The notes under the pieces were generated by a model. That model was given only the letters and a program-made list of their open reading frames with translations, did not search any database and had not been told where the DNA came from. A stretch of 64,000 bases of DNA, from the sequence record NC_071015.1. The stretch is one strand, 5' to 3'. This document shows positions 18,225 through 27,575 of the stretch, in pieces. Each line of letters opens with the position of its first letter. Position 1 is the first letter of the stretch. A program made the position numbers and the translations under genes.

Positions 18225-18963
18225 TATTGTCTCCACCTGAGGACGGGAGCCCTCGGAATACTTCTTCCAGGCTGGTGACCTTAGTATCCGGATTAAGAAT
18301 ACCCGAAACGATGTTGTCAGACATGTAACCCGAAGCCAGACGGCTAAAGGTGGAGTTCAACAACTGCCCTGGGTTGTTAATACCGATGATACGAGGTTTT
18401 ACGTTGGGGTCTTTGAGTGATGGAGAGTAACGGAACGGAATATCCAAATTAATCGGATCCCGACAAACCAGCGAGTAAAATACCCGGATAGCTTGGTTAC
18501 AAGTCCCCATCGCCTTACCAGTATAAAACTTCGCTTCATCATAGACGCTCAACAGGTCTTCTTCATTGAAGTACCATGGGATACGCGCATACTTGGTGAA
18601 CTCAAGGTAATAGTAGTAGCCGATGTTGGCGTCCATAGGAACGGTCAACGCTTCGATTACCACATCCCCGGGTTCAAAATCCAACATGAAGTAACGGTCA
18701 TTGTTGATCGTCTCTTCATAGATATCCCCTGGCTTCAATGTGACCTTTGTCATTCCCCCAAAGAACGCATAGCTGTCACCGACGATCACGCCCAACATTA
18801 ATATCGAGTGAACGGTATCGCCGATCTCAGCCAAGTTACTTTGTTCAAAACGCTTTGGAAGACAAACAGTGAGCTTCTTTAATGCAACGACGCTTTTATC
18901 TGGCATGAAGGACAGGGCGGACAGAATCCGCCCCGTATCTTTCTTCAGCTTTTCAATATCCAT
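18217..18963 (-). CDS. phiKZ gp176-like virion protein (candidate small vRNAP-associated subunit)
   Basis: 248 aa immediately before protease; FSRLASGY...GILN C-terminus; call is by remembered synteny. Confidence 0.5.
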   Translation of the reverse strand: MDIEKLKKDTGRILSALSFMPDKSVVALKKLTVCLPKRFEQSNLAEIGDTVHSILMLGVIVGDSYAFFGGMTKVTLKPGDIYEETINNDRYFMLDFEPGDVVIEALTVPMDANIGYYYYLEFTKYARIPWYFNEEDLLSVYDEAKFYTGKAMGTCNQAIRVFYSLVCRDPINLDIPFRYSPSLKDPNVKPRIIGINNPGQLLNSTFSRLASGYMSDNIVSGILNPDTKVTSLEEVFRGLPSSGGDNNV

Positions 18964-20495
18964 TAGGCATTAAACAGTCGTTTGATAATGACTTTATCGA
19001 TGGAATGAGAAAGTGCTTTACGCTGTTGTTCGACGCTCCCGACCGGGTTGTTCGCATTCAGGGTCAGAATCTCTTCAGCGATTGGGCAGTCAAACACATC
19101 GGCCAGTTTTGCCGCCAGGTAGGTGTTCATCAGGGAGTTGTCCCCACGAAGCACAGAGTCCAGCAGCGGGATGTTGTTGAAGAACAGACCAATGTCAATG
19201 TGATTAGCAAGACGCGCTTGAACACGTTGGTTCGGTGCTACGTCGTCATTCATCGCATCAATCAGCGGCTTATACTCTTCTTTGGCGTACAGACCTTCCA
19301 GAACCTGCATGAACACCTTACGTGCCACGTTGTTCTTGTTGGTCAGGATTGCTTGCGTAACATCGTTACGGTATTCAACCCAAGCCTGTTTAACCACATC
19401 GCGGTCAGTGATGATATCTTTCACATTGTAACCACGGTGTTTGGCGTACAGGAACCCAATCACGTATTCGGTCAGTGACAGTTCATCAGCTTGTGCAAAC
19501 ATCTCCAGCACAGCGGTGTTGTACCCGATGGTCAGACTGCCTGACAGGTATTTGATCCCGTTCAGACCAGACCCATCACTGAAGCCGTTACCCTGGGTAT
19601 CGTATTTCACCGCCTGGTCCAAAATGATGATACCGGCTGCTGCACGCGATTCCCACAGTGCACGGAAACGTGCCAGAAGAGAAGAGAGCAGATCACGGGT
19701 CATGCGCAGTGATGCACGGTACTCTTCCAGAGACACATCAGTAACGCCCGGGAGTGGATCGTCCATTGCCACCAATTTGTTCAGAAGCAGACTGGCGATA
19801 ACCAGTGTACGGAAGGATTCAAAACGGAAGTTCCCACCGTGGTTAATCAGTGCCACGCCTTCTTTTACACAATCAGGGCTGAAGATCGTCCACCAGTTCT
19901 TTTCGATGAACAGGGCGTTGTACACGTTCTCTACTTCGGCTGGGCTGCTGAAGAAAGTGCGCAGGGTATCAACTTCTACTGCGATCAGTTCTACCAGCTC
20001 AGTGGCGCTCAGGCGCGGATACGAACCTTGAAGCAGATTACTCAGACGAACTGAGTCAACCCCGTTAAACGTTGCCGGTACTTCTTTCGGGTAGTACGGC
20101 GAGTTCAGGAACGCCGGCTCGATGTTCATCATGTTGATCTGGAGTTGATCAAAGATGGTGTCGGTAGCGTTAGACGAACTCAGCTGACCTTTCAGTTTTT
20201 CCTGGGTATCGGCAAGGATCGGCTTGATCGTTTTGCTGATGGTATACAATGCAGAACGGATACGGTCAGCCACAATGGTGGAGGCCATGTCCAGCACTTC
20301 GGTGTGATCCGGAACCAGCGCAGTGTAATCCGGCAGCTCGGTCGCAATGTTCTCTTCCGTAAAGCTGACGATATTGGCAGTGGTCTCGTTCAGACCCTTA
20401 ATAATGTCCCCGGCTTTCTCGTGAAGGTTCAGGTCCTTTTCCGTGGCAAGCATGGCAATGGGGGTTGCCATCAAAATGGTTGATTGCTTAATCAT
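18963..20495 (-). CDS. Putative virion head protein (phiKZ gp177-like by synteny)
   Basis: 510 aa; TAATG coupling at both ends; strong codon bias. Confidence 0.55.
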   Translation of the reverse strand: MIKQSTILMATPIAMLATEKDLNLHEKAGDIIKGLNETTANIVSFTEENIATELPDYTALVPDHTEVLDMASTIVADRIRSALYTISKTIKPILADTQEKLKGQLSSSNATDTIFDQLQINMMNIEPAFLNSPYYPKEVPATFNGVDSVRLSNLLQGSYPRLSATELVELIAVEVDTLRTFFSSPAEVENVYNALFIEKNWWTIFSPDCVKEGVALINHGGNFRFESFRTLVIASLLLNKLVAMDDPLPGVTDVSLEEYRASLRMTRDLLSSLLARFRALWESRAAAGIIILDQAVKYDTQGNGFSDGSGLNGIKYLSGSLTIGYNTAVLEMFAQADELSLTEYVIGFLYAKHRGYNVKDIITDRDVVKQAWVEYRNDVTQAILTNKNNVARKVFMQVLEGLYAKEEYKPLIDAMNDDVAPNQRVQARLANHIDIGLFFNNIPLLDSVLRGDNSLMNTYLAAKLADVFDCPIAEEILTLNANNPVGSVEQQRKALSHSIDKVIIKRLFNA

Positions 20496-20662
20496 TATTT
20501 ATCATCTCCCAGGATGGCTTCTTTGATCGCACGGGAGGTGACTTCGTTTTGAACGTCAGCTTCTAACGGAGCTTGAAATTCGTACCCCACCTTTTCTTTT
20601 ACTGCACTCACAAACTCAAACACGTTTGCGACTGTAGTAATGTTGTCTGTTAATTTAGACAT
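20495..20662 (-). CDS. Unannotated 55-aa protein
   Basis: MSKLTDNITTVANVFEFVSAVKEKVGYEFQAPLEADVQNEVTSRAIKEAILGDDK*; SD AAGGA; stop overlaps next ATG (TAATG); fills the only gap in the operon. Confidence 0.7.
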   Translation of the reverse strand: MSKLTDNITTVANVFEFVSAVKEKVGYEFQAPLEADVQNEVTSRAIKEAILGDDK

Positions 20663-20674
20663 GAATAACTTTCC

Positions 20675-21541
20675 TTATGGCTTAGCAATACGGTTTTTCG
20701 GATCTAAACCATCCCAGTAGAACTGGTTGATTGCGCTGGCAATATCACCAATGGTGTAATAGCCTTTATTATCCGCGTCAAAACCTTTGTTCTGAGAATA
20801 GAGGAGAGAACCGCTACGCGCTACAACTTCATCTGGGCTCTTCCCGACATGCGCCGGATAGAAGATAGAAAGATAATAATCTTCCAGATGTTTACACTTC
20901 TTGATGTAGCTGTACTTTTCAAAATATTTGAACACGTAGTCCAGCTGGTCAACAAATGACATTGCTGCCAGTGCGTCCGCTGTGGTACCCAGATCAGGTG
21001 CTGTGGATTTCGGCATGAATTGAATCAGACCAACTGCACCGCTTTTCGGGTTACGAATATCCGGACGGAAGGTACGACCTGTTTCCAACGCATTGCAGGA
21101 AAGGATATAAGAAACGTGGTCTAATGGTTTACCCCATTTCTGCATCCAGGTTTCATATTTGCGTATTCCCGCAGCCGGGACGTTCGGGTGCCCAGACCAC
21201 GCATACCACAGTTCCGGGAGGCCTTTCGCGACACGGTAGTGATGGACAAGTAATTCCATCCCGCCAGAAGTGCCACTCCCCCACTTACCATCAATAGTGC
21301 GGGTATAAAGACCAACAGCAGCCAGGCCAGTTTGAAGAAGGTTGAACACTTGGCTTGCATCGTAGCTCCCTTGATAGAGAGGCGTGGAGAAGTTGGGTTG
21401 ATACGATTGAAGAAGGATTACAAATGCGTCGCGGCAGGTTTTCCCAAAGAGGCCGTCAATACGGCCTCCATAGAGTCCAACTTCCCGCAACAATGATTGT
21501 ACCGTTTTAATCGCGAATACATCAGTGTTGGAGTTTGCCAT
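20675..21541 (-). CDS. Modular endolysin: two peptidoglycan-binding repeats + SLT/lysozyme-like catalytic domain
   Basis: GLYGGRIDGLFG and GLYTRTIDGKWG repeats; catalytic ALETG and GAVGLIQFMP motifs. Confidence 0.8.
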   Translation of the reverse strand: MANSNTDVFAIKTVQSLLREVGLYGGRIDGLFGKTCRDAFVILLQSYQPNFSTPLYQGSYDASQVFNLLQTGLAAVGLYTRTIDGKWGSGTSGGMELLVHHYRVAKGLPELWYAWSGHPNVPAAGIRKYETWMQKWGKPLDHVSYILSCNALETGRTFRPDIRNPKSGAVGLIQFMPKSTAPDLGTTADALAAMSFVDQLDYVFKYFEKYSYIKKCKHLEDYYLSIFYPAHVGKSPDEVVARSGSLLYSQNKGFDADNKGYYTIGDIASAINQFYWDGLDPKNRIAKP

Positions 21542-24500
21542 CAGTATTTACCGTAAGTAGAAATCAGTCGTTGTGTGTAGACATTGTTAACTTCGTTGGC
21601 GACAAGTTTATCACGTAAGCTCAGAACCATTCGGTTCAACAGAGACTTCAATGAGAAGGTGATGTCAACAGGTCGTCCATCAACGGTATAGATAGGGTGT
21701 TCGTAAATGAACCCGACAGTGCCTTTCATCTGGTTACCGACTACAAATTTATCCGCAGTGGTAGTTTTGATTTTGTTGTCAATATAAATATGGACAACGG
21801 CAGTGCCCGGATACAGTTTGCTTTTCCCGACTGAGGTGTTACCCCCTACGTCACCGGTAGAAGCGGCCAGGTACTTATACTTCGCACTCTTGGCTCGAAT
21901 CCCATCATACTTCTTAATGAACGTACGCAGTGATTCATCCCAGTCTTCGATGTCGCCATTGTACTCGACTTCGATTTTGGTGATGACTCCACTTTGTTTT
22001 GCTTTCACCTGTTTGATACCAATACGATCTAACCCAGTGAACTTATCCGCGTCTTCATACTCAAAGACCGCAGAAACCGGGTTTTGTATGTCACATAGGA
22101 TCTGGTCGTACTCAACCGTGTCACCCACTTTGACATGCATTTTGACCGATTGCTCTTTCTCTGCCTTAAATGTAGTCGGCTTAAGGAATGGAGAGGTCGA
22201 GGCTTCAGCAAACCCTTTAACAATGCCAATGGAGTCTTCAAAGGTAAACTGATCTTCGATGAGGGCAATACGAGCCATCCCTCCAGACATCCACACAACA
22301 CGGGTTGGGTCAACAATATCTCGTGAGAAGAACATGCTATCCCACGCCAACACTTCCCCCGCTTTAAATTCATACCCTACCGCCCGATCGGTAATTTTCA
22401 AGTGCTTGTGATATTCACCGGCACCTTTCCCGATCTCATACCCTAATGGGAACTTATCTGTCGTTCCATCTTCGTACTCTACCGTCATTCCGTAATCCGT
22501 GACTTCGGTTACTTTACCCGCCTTCTTCGTGACAGAGGAATAAAGCTCAGAGGTACGGTACGCCAGCACGGAGTCATACGACGTACGCAGTGGGTTTACC
22601 ACGTAGTTGTCTGCTGCCATTACCTGGCTTTGCTGCACACCGGAGAAGAGCGTACGTTTGGTATCGTCTTTGGTGGTTCCGTACAGAAGGTTCATGACCA
22701 CAGAGCCACGTCCTGCTGGGGTTGTCTTCATCGAGGTATCGACATTACCATAAAGGTCAGTAATTTTAGCATCAGAGGTGAGATACCCAATGAAGCCTAC
22801 TTTACCGGAGTCTTTACCCGCTTCTGACACGATCCCCTCGTAGTTAGGTAACTGTCCACGAGTACGACGCACCATTGCCCGATCGGAACGACCCAGGGTT
22901 CCGCCGAAGGTGTATTCCTCTTGAGACTTGACTTGGTGAACCGGGTTCACTTCCTCAGTAGCCTGGCAGGAGGAGTCAGTAATAATGTTCATCATTACTG
23001 CTTCAGGGTTAAGGTCGAATGTTTTCTTGCCGTTATTCGGCTTGTTACGGTACTGACGGGTAGCTTTCACCAATTCACGGTAAACGTGACCAGCGAAACG
23101 CTCATACCCCACAAAACGCTGTTCAGTGATTTCGATCTCGTGTTTGGACTCGTTATTAAGCAGTAACTTCACCGCCTCAATAATCAACTTGTCCATAAAG
23201 GTTGGGTACTTGTATTTCTCCAACAGGCGTTTGGTAATCGGGTCGATGAACATGTCATAGATCATGGCCATCTCTTTGAAGTGCGTCGGTTTCACGCGAG
23301 CATCTCCCACCAAACCAAACCACACATTCGGATCATCCAAATGCGAACGCGAGAAGTTACCCAGATTCGGTAACTTACGTAATCCCGAAAGAATCAAAGT
23401 GGCGAGTTCGTCACGGCGGTTAAAGACCAGACGTTCATCAGCAAAGACCACCATGTACTCATCAGCATTTAACTGCGCGCGTTGATCCGGGTCTAAAGTG
23501 CGGTATTCGACTTTCAGCATCTTCATCAGTTTGCTGAACCCAATCCAATACGACAGTACAACCACCACCGGGAAACGATACCCGTTGATATTGACCGTGG
23601 CCGTTGGAATAGGAGCCTTACCCACATTCAAACCTAAGATCTCTTCGATGTATCCACGTTCCTCACCGTCCACTGTCACAAGGCCAGTTGAATCGATCAG
23701 GATAGGTGCATCGCCCTCAAAGCCTAACACCCAGCTACTCTCGTTACAGAGCTTCGCCAGCTCACGTTGCTTGGCTTTGTCTTCAAACGCTTCAATCATT
23801 CCCACCGTGTCAAAGTTAAAGTGATAATCCGGCGTATCGATAGATTTAAAACGACCGGCCAGGATGCTGTAATAATAGCACACTTTGTCTTTTGGTGGTT
23901 TGAATCCACCCAGACTGACTTTGACAGACTTATCGTTGTACGAACGTTCAATGATCGATGCTTTTAACCAACGACCGTAATCGTCGACTTTCATCGTTGA
24001 ACGTTCCACCATCACTTTCTTATCATAATACGAAGTGAGGGCAACTTTGGTCGGTGTGATCTTACGGATCGGTAATTCCATACGCATCAGCTGAGCATAT
24101 GACTTCACCCCGTTGATGGTAAAGGTACCGTCCGGCTCCACTTTTGGAATACGCATACGACGCGTAGACTGTGACCCTTTAATGGGCTGGAAGCGCATGG
24201 TATAAACATCGTACTTGGAATCCGCTGTTACGATCGTTTCACGGTCCATGCCCGTTAAGGCAATCTTTCCGTTCTGAGCATGAAGAACCATCTCCATGAT
24301 GTTACGATCCAGCATTCCAGAGGTGATGTATTCACGACGCAGTTCTTCTGTGGAAGAATGCAGGGCGGATTTATCCCGTACCACCAAACTGTCCGGAGAG
24401 AGAGTTTCACGCTTGAGCTGCATGTCTTGCGGTTTAATGTCCGCAATCTCTTCCAGAGACCGCCCACCGATTTCAATGTTCTTATAGGACATTGCTGCAT

Positions 24501-25926
24501 CCACAAAGAACTCCATTTCCCGGCTGGTTAGCTGACCCGTTTTACTGAGTTCTTCTAACTCGCGTTCAATAGCGGTCGTCGGGGTGTATTTGGCTGCCGG
24601 TGCAGACAGGGTTGCCGTTTCAACGTTTACTCGTTCAAAGACTTCGTCATCGATGTCCTTGCCCCATTCGCTTTGATCGGCCTCATAGTTATCCTCAGTA
24701 TCTGCTCCGTCTGTAATGACGACAGGTGCTTGAGGATCAGCCGTTTCTCCCTGATTTCCGACGGTGTCATCCGATACAGGATCGCTTCTCTTAGGGCGGG
24801 TGTAAAGGTCAGCCAGAGAATCAGACACACTATCAGCACCCACAGGGGGATCTTCGACAGGAATTTCGATTGTCGACGTTTCATTTCGAGAGGTACCTTT
24901 TCGAGATCCTTTCTCTTCATCGTCGCTGTTATTTTCTTCTGGCTCATCTTCTTCAAAGTGCTCTATAGCTTCAGAAACGGGGGAGACCAGATTTATCAAA
25001 TTAAGATAGAACCGTTTAAAGTAGTTAATCTTAATTGTACTTGGTTGGGTGTCCTGCGGTTTGTCAGAATACGCAATCAGGTTAATGATGTTCTGGAGAT
25101 TGACAATCCAGCACTTCCCGTTGTAGGTGAAGATGATCTCCAACTGCCGACGAGCTTCTTCATTTAACTTGTTGAATAGACTGTACTTAACGTTATCGAA
25201 CCCCATCAGGATTCCAAAGAGGTCAAGCAACCAGTAAGATTGTTCAGCCTGGAACGGAGACAGTGTCATACGGTCGTACTTCACAATCTCCCCGTCTTCA
25301 TTAAAGAACTTCTTGTAGCGTTCAAACATCAGCTGCAGGTTCTTATATGACGGGAATGTCCGCGGAAGAGGAATCTCGATAAATTGGTGTTTATTAAATT
25401 TGCTGAACTCGTTAACCGACGTCAACAGAGTGTGCAGCGTGTTGTATTTAATTTGGAACGGGGTAAAGATCGTTCTGCGTTTATAGACAATCGGTAATTG
25501 CCCGATCGCCAAGTTGTTTACCAGCAGTTCTTGTTCTTTACCGATTACAGACGTAAAGTTACGGGTGCGGTGATAAAGGAAGTGAGATCCTTCATAACCT
25601 TTGATCGCCGAGCTGAGTTGCATGTTAACCATGCGCGTCGAACCGAGCACCACGTCATAGTTCACGTTGAAAAACATATTGATGCGTTTGTCAAAGTTAC
25701 TGATGAACGGTGCTACGTTACTGGGACCGATTTCACCCGGGTACTGTTGTTGATAGTGAATGAGGGAGTTGCGTGGCAGCATGATATCCCCGATCGCAGT
25801 GTATCGGGGAGAGATCACATCGTTAATCTTTTCACGGGTGCCGTACAGCTTAACAAACATGCTGTACATTAACGCCTCATTCCCCATAACTTCAGCAAAT
25901 ACGTTATAGGGGATGTCGTTGTGCAT
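21541..25926 (-). CDS. Virion RNA polymerase beta subunit, N-terminal/major part (phiKZ gp178-like)
   Basis: 1461 aa; beta-like segments (FTINGVK, YEGIVSEAGKDSGKVG, SGVQQSQ, FEDSI, DKFVVGNQMKG). Confidence 0.85.
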   Translation of the reverse strand: MHNDIPYNVFAEVMGNEALMYSMFVKLYGTREKINDVISPRYTAIGDIMLPRNSLIHYQQQYPGEIGPSNVAPFISNFDKRINMFFNVNYDVVLGSTRMVNMQLSSAIKGYEGSHFLYHRTRNFTSVIGKEQELLVNNLAIGQLPIVYKRRTIFTPFQIKYNTLHTLLTSVNEFSKFNKHQFIEIPLPRTFPSYKNLQLMFERYKKFFNEDGEIVKYDRMTLSPFQAEQSYWLLDLFGILMGFDNVKYSLFNKLNEEARRQLEIIFTYNGKCWIVNLQNIINLIAYSDKPQDTQPSTIKINYFKRFYLNLINLVSPVSEAIEHFEEDEPEENNSDDEEKGSRKGTSRNETSTIEIPVEDPPVGADSVSDSLADLYTRPKRSDPVSDDTVGNQGETADPQAPVVITDGADTEDNYEADQSEWGKDIDDEVFERVNVETATLSAPAAKYTPTTAIERELEELSKTGQLTSREMEFFVDAAMSYKNIEIGGRSLEEIADIKPQDMQLKRETLSPDSLVVRDKSALHSSTEELRREYITSGMLDRNIMEMVLHAQNGKIALTGMDRETIVTADSKYDVYTMRFQPIKGSQSTRRMRIPKVEPDGTFTINGVKSYAQLMRMELPIRKITPTKVALTSYYDKKVMVERSTMKVDDYGRWLKASIIERSYNDKSVKVSLGGFKPPKDKVCYYYSILAGRFKSIDTPDYHFNFDTVGMIEAFEDKAKQRELAKLCNESSWVLGFEGDAPILIDSTGLVTVDGEERGYIEEILGLNVGKAPIPTATVNINGYRFPVVVVLSYWIGFSKLMKMLKVEYRTLDPDQRAQLNADEYMVVFADERLVFNRRDELATLILSGLRKLPNLGNFSRSHLDDPNVWFGLVGDARVKPTHFKEMAMIYDMFIDPITKRLLEKYKYPTFMDKLIIEAVKLLLNNESKHEIEITEQRFVGYERFAGHVYRELVKATRQYRNKPNNGKKTFDLNPEAVMMNIITDSSCQATEEVNPVHQVKSQEEYTFGGTLGRSDRAMVRRTRGQLPNYEGIVSEAGKDSGKVGFIGYLTSDAKITDLYGNVDTSMKTTPAGRGSVVMNLLYGTTKDDTKRTLFSGVQQSQVMAADNYVVNPLRTSYDSVLAYRTSELYSSVTKKAGKVTEVTDYGMTVEYEDGTTDKFPLGYEIGKGAGEYHKHLKITDRAVGYEFKAGEVLAWDSMFFSRDIVDPTRVVWMSGGMARIALIEDQFTFEDSIGIVKGFAEASTSPFLKPTTFKAEKEQSVKMHVKVGDTVEYDQILCDIQNPVSAVFEYEDADKFTGLDRIGIKQVKAKQSGVITKIEVEYNGDIEDWDESLRTFIKKYDGIRAKSAKYKYLAASTGDVGGNTSVGKSKLYPGTAVVHIYIDNKIKTTTADKFVVGNQMKGTVGFIYEHPIYTVDGRPVDITFSLKSLLNRMVLSLRDKLVANEVNNVYTQRLISTYGKY

Positions 25927-27545
25927 TACGATAATCCATTAGTCAATGAGCGCAAAAGGAATTCATGAGGTTCTTGTACCGGGTCATAAAGGAAATCCCC
26001 GGATCCCGAGATGTAGAATTCACGTTTACCAAACAACTCTTCGATTTCTCGAATGGAGTCTTCTGCCATGATGGAGTTTGCGGATAACGCATCGCCATCG
26101 AAGTCACCCCCGGCTAACCCTAAGCGGATGTTCGCAATGGACATGCCGTCAAAGTAGCTTGGGTTTTTGGTGTAGGCTGGGAAGAAGTTGTATTTGGTAA
26201 TCGCGGTCTGCCCATCAATATCCAGTAAGGTACGTTCCCCGGATGTTGAATTGGTAGGCATGACAAAAACACGGCTCGGGTAGATAGACCCTATCCCAGT
26301 AATTGGGTATCGAGTAACCTGCAACATTTTCTTTTCAATGGCAGGTACACACTGCATATAGAAGAACTGAGTGTACGTTACCGGTCGCACCAGTTTCCGA
26401 TCCATGCCTTCTGGCAGGTCATCGATGTCGTGCAACAGCATCACGTTCTTGCCGTCGTCGTACACCAAACCTAAGTAGTGTCCCGCCACCCGAATGTCGC
26501 GGTTACGTAAGTTAGGACTGCCGTATCCGTTGAACAAGGAAGTCAAACCGTCACTGGAGGTGAACTTATCCACTACCGTGGAATCCACTTCCACATACGT
26601 ACTGTTCAGCGTTTTAGGGTCGACCAGTCGGGCCATGCCCATGCCGGAGGTAAACACCTCACTCAGGAAGCCGTTTGCTAGCTCATGAATGGCCACCAGG
26701 TTAAAGCCGAGCAGTGCCTGGTACAAACCAATGATGGTGGAGTTCGGATCCCCAGTAACGTTAGCGTCCGCATTTTCAACCGACACTTTACGAGATGTAA
26801 TAACGTTACGAGTTGCTCCAAAAATTGCACGACGTGACATGCGACGTTGCATGAACCCACGTTTACCTTCCTGCATTTTAAAGAGGAAGTCAGCAATGTT
26901 ATTAAAACTCTCCTGCAATCCCCAGCGGATGTTATCGTAAACCGGGTCGGTAAGATCGATGTTGCGTACGTTCAGTGATTTGCTGCGGAAGATCAGTTTC
27001 CGGTACAGGTCATTGATTTCATTTTCAGTGACCACCCCGTTCATCATTTCAATGTCACGGATACCGGCAGGGATAACTAGCACCTTGCTGGACAGAGCTT
27101 GTTCCCGGAATAACTCAACCAGGTCGATCTTCTGTTTACGTTTGAACGATTCGTTTTGTTTGGGATCGAGTTCATGGAAATGAGACATAAAGAAGGCAAA
27201 GCCCGTGTCTCCTTCCAGCATGTTGGATTTTATGAAATCCTTCTCAGATTCGTCCCATGTGGCGTATGCTTTACCCTTGATAATTTCGCCGTACAATCCT
27301 TTCAACTGGATCAGTGCTTTGAAATAGGTCGGGTTAAAGATGGGAAGAGTAACATCAATGTATGATTCGGTTTTATCACGTTCGTCGGTACCAACACGTC
27401 CGAAGATAGCCGTTGAATATAAGCCGTCATCATTAAGGTTACTCGTTTGCCCCTCAAATGCGTCAGCCACTGTGACTGGCTTCATGAGAGGCCAAGGTAC
27501 TTTGTTGGGATTCAACAAAGTAAAGTTAGTAGGTTTTCTGCTCAT
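25926..27545 (-). CDS. Virion RNA polymerase beta' catalytic part (phiKZ gp180-like)
   Basis: GGDFDGD catalytic motif; DGLYSTAIFG, VLVIPAGIRD, QVTRYP. Confidence 0.9.
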   Translation of the reverse strand: MSRKPTNFTLLNPNKVPWPLMKPVTVADAFEGQTSNLNDDGLYSTAIFGRVGTDERDKTESYIDVTLPIFNPTYFKALIQLKGLYGEIIKGKAYATWDESEKDFIKSNMLEGDTGFAFFMSHFHELDPKQNESFKRKQKIDLVELFREQALSSKVLVIPAGIRDIEMMNGVVTENEINDLYRKLIFRSKSLNVRNIDLTDPVYDNIRWGLQESFNNIADFLFKMQEGKRGFMQRRMSRRAIFGATRNVITSRKVSVENADANVTGDPNSTIIGLYQALLGFNLVAIHELANGFLSEVFTSGMGMARLVDPKTLNSTYVEVDSTVVDKFTSSDGLTSLFNGYGSPNLRNRDIRVAGHYLGLVYDDGKNVMLLHDIDDLPEGMDRKLVRPVTYTQFFYMQCVPAIEKKMLQVTRYPITGIGSIYPSRVFVMPTNSTSGERTLLDIDGQTAITKYNFFPAYTKNPSYFDGMSIANIRLGLAGGDFDGDALSANSIMAEDSIREIEELFGKREFYISGSGDFLYDPVQEPHEFLLRSLTNGLS

Positions 27546-27575
27546 TTCTGAGTTATCCTAAAACGAGGGTAAAAT

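Noticed and set aside
20630-20645. ACATTAC as a promoter upstream of the 510-aa gene
   Set aside because: It lies inside the 55-aa coding frame, which better explains the gap.
21541-27545. Intron, intein or homing endonuclease in or between vRNAP genes
   Set aside because: ORFs are continuous, of expected size and overlap by TAATG; no intein splice motifs or HNH/LAGLIDADG signatures noticed.
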